DNA from: the human T2T-CHM13v2.0 reference genome, Homo sapiens
Length of the DNA: 64,000 nucleotides
Reading direction: 5' to 3' (one strand)
Assembly (NCBI RefSeq): GCF_009914755.1
Contig: NC_060926.1
The position numbers were made by a program, and so were the translations under genes. The notes beneath the pieces are model-generated. The model was not told where the DNA came from. It saw only the letters and a list, made by a program, of their open reading frames with translations, and did not search any database. Position 1 is the first letter of the stretch. Every line of letters starts with the position of its first letter. Positions 16,525 through 33,570 of this stretch are shown here, piece after piece.

Positions 16525-17640
16525 TCCAAGTAAATATTTTTGAATATCTACTATGCATTTGGCATTCTTCTAATTACTGGAAATACAATGTTGAAAAAAA
16601 ATTGACCTCTGCTTTCATATTTATGCTCAGGAGGGAAGTTAATAATGATAATTCTATCCAAGAAACATTTATTGAATGGTATCATATGGGGAACTTTAAT
16701 GAATGTTAGTGACTTTAAATGAATTCTGGACTAAAGGAATTGAATAAGCAAAGATAACAAGCTGGGAATATGCATTTCGAGTACTGTAAATGGCAAAAAT
16801 TCCAACGTAAATCAAGTGTGAAACATATGGGTGATTTGTCCAGAGACTCGAGAAGTAGTTGAGACTCAGTCCTGAAACCATTCAAATGCCATGCTAAAAA
16901 GTTTTGGTTTTATGCTAGAAGCAATAGAGAGCTGTCAAATATTTAAACTGACACGTTTACATTAGGACTGTAAAAATGTAATTCTAGCAATAGTAGTCCA
17001 GAGAGTGAGAGCAAGAATCAAGAATGTAGAAATATAAACTCTCATTTTTAAAGGTTATAGATCCAAGAGTCATTTCTAGGTCACATCGATAGACTTTGAC
17101 TATATCTAATTAGTTAGATATAGACATGAGATTAGAGGGAGGAGCAGAATAAAGGATGATGCCAATGCCTCTAGCCAAGTAGTTGAAAAACTGACCAACA
17201 CAGAAAACTCAAGAGAATGATGAAACTCAGGACACAAGCAGAGGAAGTTAGTGAGTTTGATTCAGGGTATGTAGCATTTGAGAAGCAAGCAGAAGATCCA
17301 AACAGAAATGACCTGTGGGGCCTTGGAGCTTCAGAAGTCAAATAAGCCTAGTGACCTAGGTTTAGCATAAAAGTGTTAGTTGAAATAATGTACGCTAATG
17401 AGACTCCCAAGAGATAGACTGTAGAACATAAAGGAAAGCAGAAGACAGCAACTTTGGAGACACCACCACTTCAAGATAAAAGAAGGTAAAAGAAGTGAAT
17501 CACGGGAGGTACAACAGGGGAAGACTAAGGCAGGCAGTCCACCAGAGTCTTACAGCATGGAGTCATAGCAGTCAGGGGAGGAGTTTCAGGAAGGAGGGCT
17601 ATCAGCACCATCAACTGCTTCAGAGAGATTAAAAGGATGA
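16525..17640 (-). mobile_element. Degenerate L2 fragments
   Basis: aaatatttttgaatatctactatg-type L2 3' end and downstream L2-like motifs. Boundaries are approximate. Confidence 0.5.
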
Positions 17641-19765
17641 CCATGATTACTTGTTACCTGGGGATCATTACTTATTGAGGCAAATGTACTTACTATTGTT
17701 TGATTAAAATAGTCATCTGGGGATATACATTCACACTTGAGTAATAAAGCTGTCAGAGAGCTACAAGTCCCTGGATTCTATAGGATTGAGAAGCTGCATA
17801 ACAAGAAAACCCTACCTCTTCATGTTCCAACAAACATTGCTGTATAGAAAAACCACTCATTAGCAAGGCCTTAGGCAACTCACAAGACAGCAGCTATGCA
17901 TGTGAACCTTGAGCCGGCTATTTCATAACAATACAAAAATAGTTACCAGCCACCTACAGTATATTTACTTTTCCTTTTCTTTTCATATTGATTTTCTCCC
18001 ACACAAACTGCCCATGAAGTAGGAAGGAGAAGTCAGTAGGTTTACATATGTGGATATTAGAACTCATGAGGGCTAAGTGACTTGCCCAGGTCCCCACAGC
18101 TAGCCTGTCAGGCTAGGAAGGCTCAAAAGTCCCTAGCAATTATCCTACCTCCACAGATACTTTCAGTTTTAGGAAGCTTTTCACAAAGTCATGGATGTCA
18201 TCCTGCTACCTTAGCTGACTAAACTAATACTAAACTAAACTGAAATAACTGACTAAAACATAGATCTGTTCCAAGTTGAAGAACACCAAATAGGGACATC
18301 CTTTATTGACTGGTCATCCACTGTCTAGACAGAGAGAAGGAGATGGGGGAAGGAAGAGGAAGAGAGAGGGGATGGAGGAGGCTGATATTTATAATAAGTC
18401 CCGTTATGTAAGGTCACCAGGGTATTTCTCTTCCTGCCCATTAATATAATAGCAGAAAAGGGACAATAATACCAGTCACTCAACTTATTACAGAGCTGGT
18501 GGGAACATCCAGACAATTCAAAAAGAAAATTCTAGAAAATAGCAACCTCTAAGTAATTCAGAAAAAAAAAAGGCAGTTATAAAAGACATAATGTGATTAC
18601 CCAGTAGTGACTTTCCATTGTGGACTTCTGGGCATAATAAGAACTGGATATAGAACCATCTAGACACCAATAGAGTCTCATAAGAAAGTAAGAAATACAT
18701 ATCACTTTCTTATTTGTCTTCCTCACTTAGATGAAAGTGATACCAGCAGTAGGATACAAAAGCTAAATCCATCAAGCTAAGTTTGTATAATAGGTGAGCA
18801 GAGCTACAAAGAGCAATTTAGAAATCTCAAGGTAAAAGTGGTAGACAATGTCATGAAAAGGAAAAAGACCACTTAAAAAATGTAGACCATTTGTAGAAGA
18901 GGATTACATAAAGAACCCTGACACTGAAGGGCATGCAGGAAAGAGAAGCCTGAGAAGGAATGGTCCAAGAGACAGGAAGAGAACAGTGACAGAAGGCCAG
19001 AGAGATTTCAAACAGTATCAGTTATTGCTCTAAGATCAAGAGGAGCTGATGACTCAAAATACACCCTGGGATTTGTCTGGCAGGTAATACTCAACCTCAG
19101 TGAAGCATCCAGTGAAGTGGTGGGGAGAAAGCCAAATTAAACTAGAGTGAAGAATAAATGAAAATGGATGGAGTGGCCACATCAGGTGTAAAATCCTCCC
19201 TCAAGATGTTTATCCTTCAAGGAAAGCAGAGAGAGAGAGATGTGGAAAGAATGGCTGAATTGCAAAAAGGATGTTTTATGATAGGGGAGAGGTTAGCAAG
19301 GGGGAATGAGTTAGAGGAGAAGAAAAAGCTGAAAGAAAAAAAAGCTATAAAGAAGATGGGTGGGCAAAGGGTCCTATGTATATGAGGAGGAGTTGGCCCT
19401 AGACAGAAGAAGGGACATCGGTGGGACAGAGGCTAAGAAGTTAGAACAAGCATCCCAACTGGTCAGTTTACAGGTAAGGCTCCTACCAGACGCCCTTCTC
19501 TGTAACCAATGAGCCAGTTACCAAATAAATGGGACTAGGGTAGAGGTTGGTAGGCACTTAGGTGGGGAAGAAAAGCTTTGGATCTGCTAAACTGAGAGAA
19601 GGGAAGTTGTGCCTATGATAACAGCTCTGATGAGAGATGGGGAAAGCTTCATGAGATAGGGCCAGAGTGGATAAGGCAGTTTGGGAGTTCTGTGGCACAG
19701 CAGGCAAGATCTGATAGCCCATTAGATATATGTGGCTGTGACTCAGAATACTCAAGAAAATGGCT

Positions 19766-20674
19766 GAGGGAGGAGGAGTCAAGATGGCCGAATAGGAACA
19801 GCTCCGGTCTACAGCTCCCAGCGTGAGTGACGCAGAAGACGGGTGATTTCTGCATTTCCATCTGAGGTACCGGGTTCATCTCACTAGGGAGTGCCAGACA
19901 GTGGGCGCAGGCCAGTGTGTGTGCGCACCGTGCGCGAGCCGAAGCAGGGCGAGGCATTGCCTCACCTGGGAAGCGCAAGGGGTCAGGGAGTTCCCTTTCC
20001 GAGTCAAAGAAAGGGGTGACGGACGCACCTGGAAAATCGGGTCACTCCCACCCGAATATTGCGCTTTTCAGACCGGCTTAAGAAACGGCGCACCACGAGA
20101 CTATATCCCACACCTGGCTCAGAGGGTCCTACGCCCACGGAATCTCGCTGATTGCTAGCACAGCAGTCTGAGATCAAACTGCAAGGCGGCAACGAGGCTG
20201 GGGGAGGGGCGCCCGCCATTGTCCAGGCTTGCTTAGGTAAACAAAGCAGCCGGGAAGCTCGAACTGGGTGGAGCCCACCACAGCTCAAGGAGGCCTGCCT
20301 GCCTCTGTAGGCTCCACCTCTGCGGGCGGGGCACAGACAAACAAAAAGACAGCAGTAACCTCTGCAGACTTAAGTGTCCCTGTCTGACAGCTTTGAAGAG
20401 AGCAGTGGTTCTCCCAGCACGCAGCTGGAGATCTGAGAACGGGCAGACTGCCTCCTCAAGTGGGTCCCTGACCCCTGACCCCCGACCAGCCTAACTGGGA
20501 GGCACCCCCCAGCAGGGGCACACTGACACCTCACACGGCAGGGTATTCCAACAGACCTGCAGCTGAGGGTCCTGTCTGTTAGAAGGAAAACTAACAACCA
20601 GAAAGGACATCTACACCGAAAACCCATCTGTACATCACCATCATCAAAGACCAAAAGTAGATAAAACCACAAAG
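19766..20674 (+). promoter_or_regulatory. L1 5'UTR: CpG-rich internal sense promoter plus antisense promoter
   Basis: The YY1 core AAGATGGCCG is near 19781, the RUNX3 site tgcatttccatctgaggt at 19851, and SOX-type aacaaa sites near 20240 and 20340. CpG density is high against a CpG-poor background. Confidence 0.85.
20004..20219 (-). CDS. L1 ORF0, intact 71 aa (MAGAPPPASL...RCVRHPFL)
   Basis: It is the in-frame part of track ORF 20004..20288 from the ATG at 20219 and matches primate L1 ORF0. Donors CAG|GTGTGG after nt 106 (20114) and CAG|GTGCGT after nt 191 (20029) are present. Confidence 0.85.
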   Translation of the reverse strand: MAGAPPPASLPPCSLISDCCASNQRDSVGVGPSEPGVGYSLVVRRFLSRSEKRNIRVGVTRFSRCVRHPFL

Positions 20675-21691
20675 ATGGCGAAAAAACAGAACAGAAAAAC
20701 TGGAAACTCTAAAACGCAGAGCGCCTCTCCTCCTCCAAAGGAACGCAGTTCCTCACCAGCAACAGAACAAAGCTGGATGGAGAATGATTTTGACGAGCTG
20801 AGAGAAGAAGGCTTCAGACGATCAAATTACTCTGAGCTACGGGAGGACATTCAAACCAAAGGCAAAGAAGTTGAAAACTTTGAAAAAAATTTAGAAGAAT
20901 GTATAACTAGAATAACCAATACAGAGAAGTGCTTAAAGGAGCTGATGGAGCTGAAAACCAAGGCTCGAGAACTACGTGAAGAATGCAGAAGCCTCAGGAG
21001 CCGATGCGATCAACTGGAAGAAAGGGTATCAGCAATGGAAGATGAAATGAATGAAATGAAGCGAGAAGGGAAGTTTAGAGAAAAAATAATAAAAAGAAAT
21101 GAGCAAAGCCTCTAAGAAATATGGGACTATGTGAAAAGACCAAATCTACGTCTGATTGGTGTACCTGAAAGTGATGTGGAGAATGGAACCAAGTTGGAAA
21201 ACACTCTGCAGGATATTATCCAGGAGAACTTCCCCAATCTAGCAAGGCAGGCCAACGTTCAGATTCAGGAAATACAGAGAACGCCACAAAGATACTCCTC
21301 GAGAAGAGCAACTCCAAGACACATAATTGTCAGATTCACCAAAGTTGAAATGAAGGAAAAAATGTTAAGGGCAGCCAGAGAGAAAGGTCGGGTTACCCTC
21401 AAAGGAAAGCCCATCAGACTAACAGCGGATCTCTCGGCAGAAACCCTACAAGCCAGAAGAGAGTGGGGGCCAATATTCAACATTCTTAAAGAAAAGAATT
21501 TTCAACCCAGAATTTCATATCCAGCCAAACTAAGCTTCATAAGTGAAGGAGAAATAAAATACTTTATAGACAAGCAAATGCTGAGAGATTTTGTCACCAC
21601 CAGGCCTGCCCTAAAGGAGCTCCTGAAGGAAGCGCTAAATATGGAAAGGAACAACCGGTACCAGCCGCTGCAAAATCATGCCAAAATGTAA
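20675..21691 (+). pseudogene. L1 ORF1p (338 codons) interrupted by nonsense Q147*
   Basis: Track ORFs 20675..21115 and 21131..21691 are in the same frame and split by TAA at 21113-21115 (consensus CAA). Confidence 0.93.
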
Positions 21692-21730
21692 AGACCATCG
21701 AGACTAGGAAGAAACTGCATCAACTAATGA

Positions 21731-25566
<3,836 letters not shown>

Positions 25567-25803
25567 ACAATGAGATCACATGGACACAGGAAGGGGAACA
25601 TCACACTCTGGGGACTGTGGTGGGGTCGGGGGGAGGGGGGAGGGATAGCATTGGGAGATATACCTAATGCTAGATGACACATTAGTGGGTGCAGCGCACC
25701 AGCATGGCACATGTATACATATGTAACTAACCTGCACAATGTGCACATGTACCCTAAAACTTAGAGTATAATAAAAAAAAAAAAAAAAAGAAAGAAAATG
25801 GCT

Positions 25804-25971
25804 TACATGAATTTCTCCTTTTTATCTTTAAAAGCTTCCCCCTTTCCCCAACCCCTTTGGATGTGTCTATGGTTCACCATAGCATGCATATGTCCCAGAT
25901 TGCAATCCCTTGCTATTCCTGAATAAACTTCTTTTTGGAAAGTCTGTCTCTGCTGTTATTTTAGGTTGACA
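25804..25971 (+). mobile_element. ERV1-class LTR 3' part (MER34/MER39-like) abutting the L1HS
   Basis: AATAAA at 25922 followed by the terminus ttttaggttgaca, as recalled for MER34/39-type LTRs. Confidence 0.5.
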
Positions 25972-26306
25972 TATAAAACTAGTGACTTCTTCCTACTTTA
26001 TAAACAATGTGTTGGGGGTGACCAATATAAAAAGAAAAAGAAAATGAAATATGGCTTACATGGTTGGTAATTATTTTTATATTGTTATGAGATAGCCAAC
26101 TCAAGGTTCAGGATGCATAAATGCTGTCTTGTGAGTTGCCTAAGGCCTTGGTGGTTTGTCTATATAGCAATGTTTTTGAAACATGGAACACCTACAAAGA
26201 GGTAGGGTTTTCCTGGTATGCAGCGTCTCAATTCTGTGGAATCCAGGGACTTGCATCTCTCTGACAGCTTTATTACTCAAGTGTGAATGGATATCCTCAG
26301 ATGATC

Positions 26307-26603
26307 TTTTTTTTTTTTTTTTTGAGACAGAGTCTCACTCTGTCGCCCAGCCTGGAGTGCAGTGGCGCAATCTCAGCTCACTGCAAGCTCTGCTTCCCGG
26401 GTTCATGACATTTTCCTGCCTCAGCCTCCCGCGTAGCTGGGACTACAGGCGCCTGCCACCACGCCCGGCTCATTTTTTGTATTTTTAGTAGAGACGGGGT
26501 TTCACCATGTTAGCCAGGATGGTCTCGATCTCCTGACCTCATGATCCGCCTGCCTCAGCCTCTCAAAGTGCTGGGATTACAAGCGTGAGCCACCGCGCCC
26601 GGC
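26307..26603 (-). mobile_element. AluY
   Basis: AluY-type motifs ctgcaagctc and ttagccaggatggtctcgatctcc, with TSD agatgatc. Confidence 0.9.
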
Positions 26604-27668
26604 AGATGATCATTTTTATCAAACAATAGTGAAAACATCAAACAATAGTAAGAACATTTGTTTCAATAAATAATGATCCCCAAATATCAAGATTATCTTA
26701 ATCATCCTTTTAATCTCTCTGAAGCAGTTGACAGTGCTGATAGCCCTCCTTCTTGAAACTCCTCCCCTGACTGCCATGACTATGGGTCACAGTCAAAAAA
26801 GTTTCAAACCTACTGCTTTAAGGTAGACCAATAAGTAGAAAGTGACATCCTAAAAAAAAAACGAAGAATACCAGCTAAGGAGAAATTTTAGGCATTATAA
26901 ATCAAGTCTATCCCGATATTCCCAATTCTATCTCTGATGAGTTAATAGAAATCTAATTTGATAGTTTTAGCTTTTATATCCTATGACTAATGTCCAATCA
27001 ACTGTCTGTATTGTGTAACTATTGGTCTAACCGTAATTCTTTTTTAACTGCATCAACCTGTGGCATTGTTATAAATTAAACTTTTTTCTTGGTTTGGATT
27101 TTTGATCAGTGAATGGAGTCAAACTGTAACATAGACATAAGTATTAGTAAAAATACGGCACTTACTTTGACCTTTGGAAGACAGCTGTTCTCAGAATGAT
27201 TGGGTTATTCTCACTGATACAATTTTGGGTTCTAAGTTTTAGCCCAGGTTCAGTGTCTCTGACATCTACACAATTCAATGCAGATTTATTTAGTTTTTTA
27301 TGAAGACATTGGTTGGATTTTTTAAAAGAAATTCTTTTGAAGCAGAAAATTGACTCCATGCAGATTTTTCACTCTGTTGCACATATTAAACTACAACAAT
27401 TTGGGTGATGGAAAAAAGCAGAAATAATTTGAGAGGCGTGGGCGAAAAGGCCAATAAGGCTATAAAAATTTCGAATTACAAAGAGTCAAGAGAATATTAC
27501 CAACCTTTTATTGTCAGAGAAATGAAGAGTCTTACTTGTGCCCTTGAACATGAAAGGTGGGGTTGTCAGTGAATTTCAAGAGCAATTCTTTAAATAGAGG
27601 TGGGTGGTTCTCAATGAGACATGAGGGTGGTGTGAAAGTGGCTACGACCTTAAACCAGTGAGAACTAG

Positions 27669-27670
<2 letters not shown>

Positions 27671-27719
<49 letters not shown>
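27671..27719. repeat. (AC)n microsatellite, about 24 units
   Basis: Direct reading. Confidence 0.98.
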
Positions 27720-27720
<1 letters not shown>

Positions 27721-27724
27721 CAGA

Positions 27725-27945
27725 AGCTAGAGTTAAACCAATCTCAGTTAAAATCCCAGCTCCTTCACTTAATAGCTGTGTGATCTTGGGCAAATCACTT
27801 AACCTCCAGTAAGCTAGTTATCTTGACTTGTTAGTATCTTGGGAAGATAATAATAGCCTTCCTGAGATTGGTCCTAGATGTAAATAAGACAATTTTTGTC
27901 AAGTGCTCATCAAAGGGCATGGCAGAAAGTACTAGCTCAATATTT
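27725..27945 (+). mobile_element. MIR
   Basis: MIR core aatcccagctcc...agctgtgtgatcttgggcaaatcacttaacctc. Confidence 0.7.
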
Positions 27946-27947
27946 AC

Positions 27948-28423
27948 TGTATTAGTTTCCTAGGGCTGCTATAACAAAGTACCACAAATTAGGTGGCTTA
28001 GAACAACTGAAATGTATTGTCTCACAGTTCTGGAGGCTAGAAGTCTAAAATCAAGGTGTCAGAAGGGTCCTGCTCCCTTTGAGACTGTAAAGGAAAGATC
28101 TTTCCTTGCTGTCTTCAGGTTCTGGTATCCCCAGGCATTTTTTGGTTTATGGCAGCATAACTCCAGTCTTCACATGGCATTCTCCCTGTATCTCTTCACA
28201 GAGTCTTCCCTTCTGTGGATATTGGTCTCTCTCTGTCCAAATTGACTCTTTTTAAAGGACACCAGTCATATTGGATTAGGGTCTACCCTAATGAACTCAT
28301 TTTGACTTGATTACCTCTGTAAAGACCCTCTTTCCAAATAAAATCACATTCTGAGGAACTGGGGTTAGTACTTCAACTTATCTTTTGCAGGGGTGTGGGA
28401 AGAACACAACTCACCCTATAACA
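27948..28423 (-). mobile_element. MLT1 (MaLR) solo LTR
   Basis: TG...CA termini, tgtattagtttcctagggctgctataacaaagtaccacaaa start and ggattagggtctaccctaatg motif. Confidence 0.85.
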
Positions 28424-29492
28424 ATTATTTATGAAATTATCTTGCTAGAAATATTCTGCAGGAGATACATTAGTACATGAAGTACTTCAAAATTGTAGAA
28501 TATCATTCTCTAGTGATTCATTTTCTGTTTCTTTTCTTTTTAAAGGAAGGAGTACTCAGTCTTTTCAATGGAATGACATAGGTATGAACTTAATGAGTAT
28601 CCTTCCTGCGCTTAGCTGAATCCGGAAAGGCAGGATATTGACTCCTTTGCCATTCTATAGATTCCTGGTCTTGAGGCAAAGAAAACTGGCACAGGCCTTT
28701 GCGACTGGGCCTGCAAAAGTATATACTACACAGAGAAAGGGCATGTATCCTTACTTTGAATGGTGTGCTAATCGTCTAACAACTTCAATTGTACTAATCA
28801 CGAATGGAAGAGAACGGCTCTTTAATGGAACTTCAATGAATATAAATTACATACTTACTAATCAAAATGAATTCTTTTCAGCTAATTTCTTTTTTTCTCC
28901 TTAAATGTCTTGAGTGAGTAATATAAGCTTTTGTTATTTTTTTTGGCCAGTTTTCTCTGCCATAACCCTGATTGTAACTCCACTCTCATCATGGAACTTA
29001 ATGCCCAAACACTACACATTAATTTCTATTTCTTCATATGTTTTACAAAATGATATATATTTTTGCCCCAAACTGCAACATGCTATGAAGGCTTAATATT
29101 CTAACATTGCAATCATGGGTACAACCTAAAAAAAGACTTCAAATTAGTTAGCAAAGGAAATAAAAATAGGACTCTCTGGGGACAGAATGCAGGCCAGTAG
29201 GGGATACGACACCTTGGTGGGGGTTTTTAGGGCTATGTTGATTCATTCAAATGCCTTAATGACCTCCTATGACAGAACCATGTGGCAGAGAAAAAAGATT
29301 CATATGCCAATGTGAAGGGAGAAGAAGAATCAAAATGAGGAGGAACGGATTAAATATTTCACAATTTAACAAGATGATATTTAAGGCACCTAATTTCTTG
29401 CCTTCTAAAAACTGCTAGCAAAATGTAATTTCTTGATAGCCAAAAAAAAGAATTCAAATGTACACCAGCCTCTTGTTACACTATAAAAATAA

Positions 29493-29783
29493 GGCCAGGC
29501 ATGGTAGCTCACACCTGTAATTCCAGTACTTTGGGAGGCCAAGGTGGGCAGATGGATCACTTGAGGCCAGGAGTTCGAGACCAGCCTTGTCAACATAGTA
29601 AAACCCCATCTCTACTAAAAATACAAAAATTAGCCAGACGGGGTGGCACACACCGGTAATCCCAGTTACTTGGGTGGCTGAGGCACAAGAATCACTTGAA
29701 CCTGGGGGAATTTGCAGTGACCTGAGATCGCGCCATTACACTCCAGCATGGGTGACAGAGTGAGACCCTGTCTCAAGAAAAAA
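29493..29783 (+). mobile_element. Alu (J or old S)
   Basis: Dimeric Alu with a small right-arm deletion. Confidence 0.9.
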
Positions 29784-32700
29784 ATCATGAAAAATTTAAC
29801 TATAAATCCAGACTTCATAAAGCAAACATATTTTCCCTTTGACAGTATTAAGTAATTTAGAGATTTATTTCTAAATTTAGAAATTTATTTCTAATTTGTC
29901 CTCAATAATAGTCATTTCTCACTTTGTAATTTGTCTTTACCTTGGTTTTCTAAAATAGTGATTAAAAACAAATAATTACACGTGCTAGGGATGCACTTCT
30001 TAAAGAAACTTAATTTTAGATTCAGCCCCATTGAGGACCTGCTGTGTTTGTTAAGTGGGCAGCAGTGATGGATGAAGGCCACACGGTGGCACTATAAGCA
30101 ATGGGCTACTGATGCACCTTTTAATCAACATCTACTCTAAAAAGTGAGCCAGTCCAAGTAGCTTTGAGAAAACTGGAAAAGTCTGAGGCTGCAATGCAGA
30201 ATAAAGATGAATAAAGATTACATAAATGAAAATAAAGCAGCTATAATCAAAACCACACTCTAGGCCATCTACCAAACCTAAGAAGCCACTTACTGTGATA
30301 AATTAATTACTTAAAAAACAAACAAACAAACAAACATAAATGCATGAGAGTTTTGCTATTTGGTGGACTAAAGGAAACTTTTTTGTATGTTCTGGGTTTC
30401 TTAATATTTTTTATTTTGAAATACATGGCACTGATGAATTTATCATTGAACTGCAAGATAGCCAGAAAACTAAGAATTATTAGTTCACTAGATATAGCCA
30501 TAACATAAACAAGTTTAGTCAGCAAGTCTGTGTAATCTGATTGTTTCAGTCAACTAAGCAAGGCAACTGACTTTGACAGCTTAGAAAAGTGACCTTCTAG
30601 ATGAAGAGTTCTGAAGGTGATTGGAAGCTCTTATCAGAAGTGCATGACAAAACCGACTCCCAAAGTAGCACCAATTAATAAAACAAATTAGCAATATACC
30701 TTCTCTTTAATGCACTGGTGCTCGTATTTCCTTCTATGAAATTTTTTCTACTTAGCAGCTATCAATCAATACCAAAACGATTATCTCTTGCTGTGCAATT
30801 GTTGGACAGCTTGGGAAGCGAAGTGGTTTATATAAAAATTTGAAACGTAGACATGAATGGAAAAGACCACTATAATTTGAAAGTGGTTTACTGCTACCCT
30901 GATTTTAGACTGGTGCCTAAGGAAAGAGCTAAAAGTGATGCATAGCAAACTGCATGAAATTGCTTGCTCTTGTAAACAGATTGTAGCAACAGGGTAAGGG
31001 AAAACTTAGACTATATATTAAAAATATAGAATGAATACCTTTCTCATGATACCATACCATATTGCTGAAGATAGGGGTGAATGGCATACATATACTTTTA
31101 ACTGAGTGAAAACAACTCCAGAAAGAAAGAAAACATAGGTTATATCTGTGCCTCCTTGGAGCATTTTCAAATTATAGGATTGTATTCTTTATGTTTTTAT
31201 TCTTGATAAATTTGCACCTAATTGTATGTTTCAGTTCCCAATTAAATCAAGAGCTCCTTGGGATATATAATGTATCTGCTAATTTTTAACTCCTCCATGG
31301 TTATAAAAATCATATTAATAAAATAAAAGCTACACATGTTAAGTTCTCATTAGATGCCAGATATTGTGATAAGTACAGTAGATAGCATTATATACATAAA
31401 CTTCACCAAAAAACCCCCATGAGATTAGGACTAATGCTCTCTCTATTAATAAAGAGAAAACAGAGGTATAAGTTAATTTGCCAAGTACTACTACACACTA
31501 CTAAGTAGCAGAGCTAAGTTTTGAATTCAAGAATACCTTCTACCAAAGCTCCCAGCTCGCCTTGTAGAGCAGAGATTGAAGCATGGTGGTTAACAGCCAC
31601 AGTGCCTGAGGTCTACCCAGCTCCAAAGCTGACTGGCTTTATGGTCTTTGGCAAGTTGCCTAGACATTCTGTGTCTCTATGTAGTTGTTATTATACCACC
31701 CAGCAGTTCATAAAGTAGAAATTCAAAAACTCTTACTGAGAACCTTCCAACTTCTCTCAGCTATCTCCAACCAGTTGCTCTAATGAACAAATAAATCAAT
31801 TGGCATTTGATATAATTGAAATCAGGTGCATATTTGATTTTTCCAGTAATGGTCTTCAATTGCTTCTGACAGTCACTGTGCTGTGACTATTATCACTTCA
31901 GGTGATTATAGTTAATATAGTGCTTTTTTTTCTTCAACAACTCTACTAAAATGTCTACATGTCAAATAGAGTTGGTAACTGAAATTAATAATGTAGATAC
32001 ATAGTAAAGCTTTCTTGAAAAGTGATCATTTAGAGTTCTGAATTTTAATATTACTATACCTCATTGAAGGATTGACACAATTTACCTCCAGCTATTTCAT
32101 TTAATCTGTGCGTTGCTGTGATTTGAACTAAAATTACACAAGGCAAGGAACACAGGCATAACAGAGGTTCCTCTCATCTTCAGGGGACTCATTGAAACAA
32201 AAAAAAATCAGTAAGGGATAATATTCTCTTCTCACTTGCAATGGCATTTTGGGCATTCAGCCTCTATATTTAGAGAAATTCATTAATTCTTTAATCAGTG
32301 GCATGGAGGCAATGCAAGAATTCTGAACTCAACGTTAAGAAACACTATTTTCATCCAAACTTTGCACTGTGTATCTCACTGAACAAGTCTTTTCTATCTG
32401 CCTCAGTCTCTTAATCTGTAAAATAAGAGGATTTCTATTGTTGAACTTTAAAGTTTTAAGAATTGATACAGTACAAAGACAAAAAGTGGGATTGCAAGAG
32501 TTTTATAAATTGCTATGTGAAGAGCAGAACAATGCGCAAGTGCTTGCATTTGCTTCTTTAAAGCTTACACATTATGTTGCAGAAGGGTGGAATTGCCCTA
32601 AAAAACATAAGCCAAAGTGATCTTTAACCAAAACCCTTTTATCTAGAACAAGTTCTCTCAAATAGGAAGCTATCAAACTATTTCAAGCAGCAAGGAAACA

Positions 32701-33248
32701 AGGCAAAAAGGATCCTTTTGCTCACTTTCTGAGTCCTTTTTTGTCCAAAAGTAGAGTAAGATTAACCCCACCCTGTTGTATGCAACTACAAACACTGCAA
32801 AGAATAGTGATAGCACTAAATTACCATGACCCTGTAGGATCGGGGGAACACACAGGTAAAACACACCTGTTATCATCTTCCACCTGGAGACCTTCAGGAA
32901 AGTGGGGATTCCAGATCCTAACACCAGGCTAATCCATCCTTGAATCCCTTCCCCATTCTCAGCTTTGTCTTCTCTCCTGGCACAGAGTCAGCCTTCAGGA
33001 GCCATGAAACTAGAGAAGCCGAGGACAAACAGAAGCATCTCTAGCAGCAGGGTCAAAGCCTTTTCACAGTCTCTGTGTGCCTGCTCTACCCACTATGAAC
33101 ATGTTTCATGAATGTTCTATGTTCTTCCTCTTAGACACAATATCCATAGTGATTAAGGAGCTGGTTCCAGTCCATATTCCACCACTTACTACTCATGCGT
33201 CTTACCCTCTGGTCCTTGATTTTGTCTTCTTAAGAATGGGGATAATTG

Positions 33249-33570
<322 letters not shown>

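Noticed and set aside
25610-25656. G-quadruplex-like G-run cluster
   Set aside because: It is the standard L1 3'UTR polypurine tract and is already well described.
26020-26062. A-rich run plus atggcttacatg echoing the L1HS 3' junction, suggesting a 3' transduction with a second tail
   Set aside because: An exact 12-bp TSD already follows the first poly(A) at 25792-25803. The downstream match is interrupted and there is no true poly(A).
28598-28715. Short inverted repeats (caggcc...ggcctg) suggesting a structured RNA
   Set aside because: The stems are too short and no ncRNA family motif was recognised.
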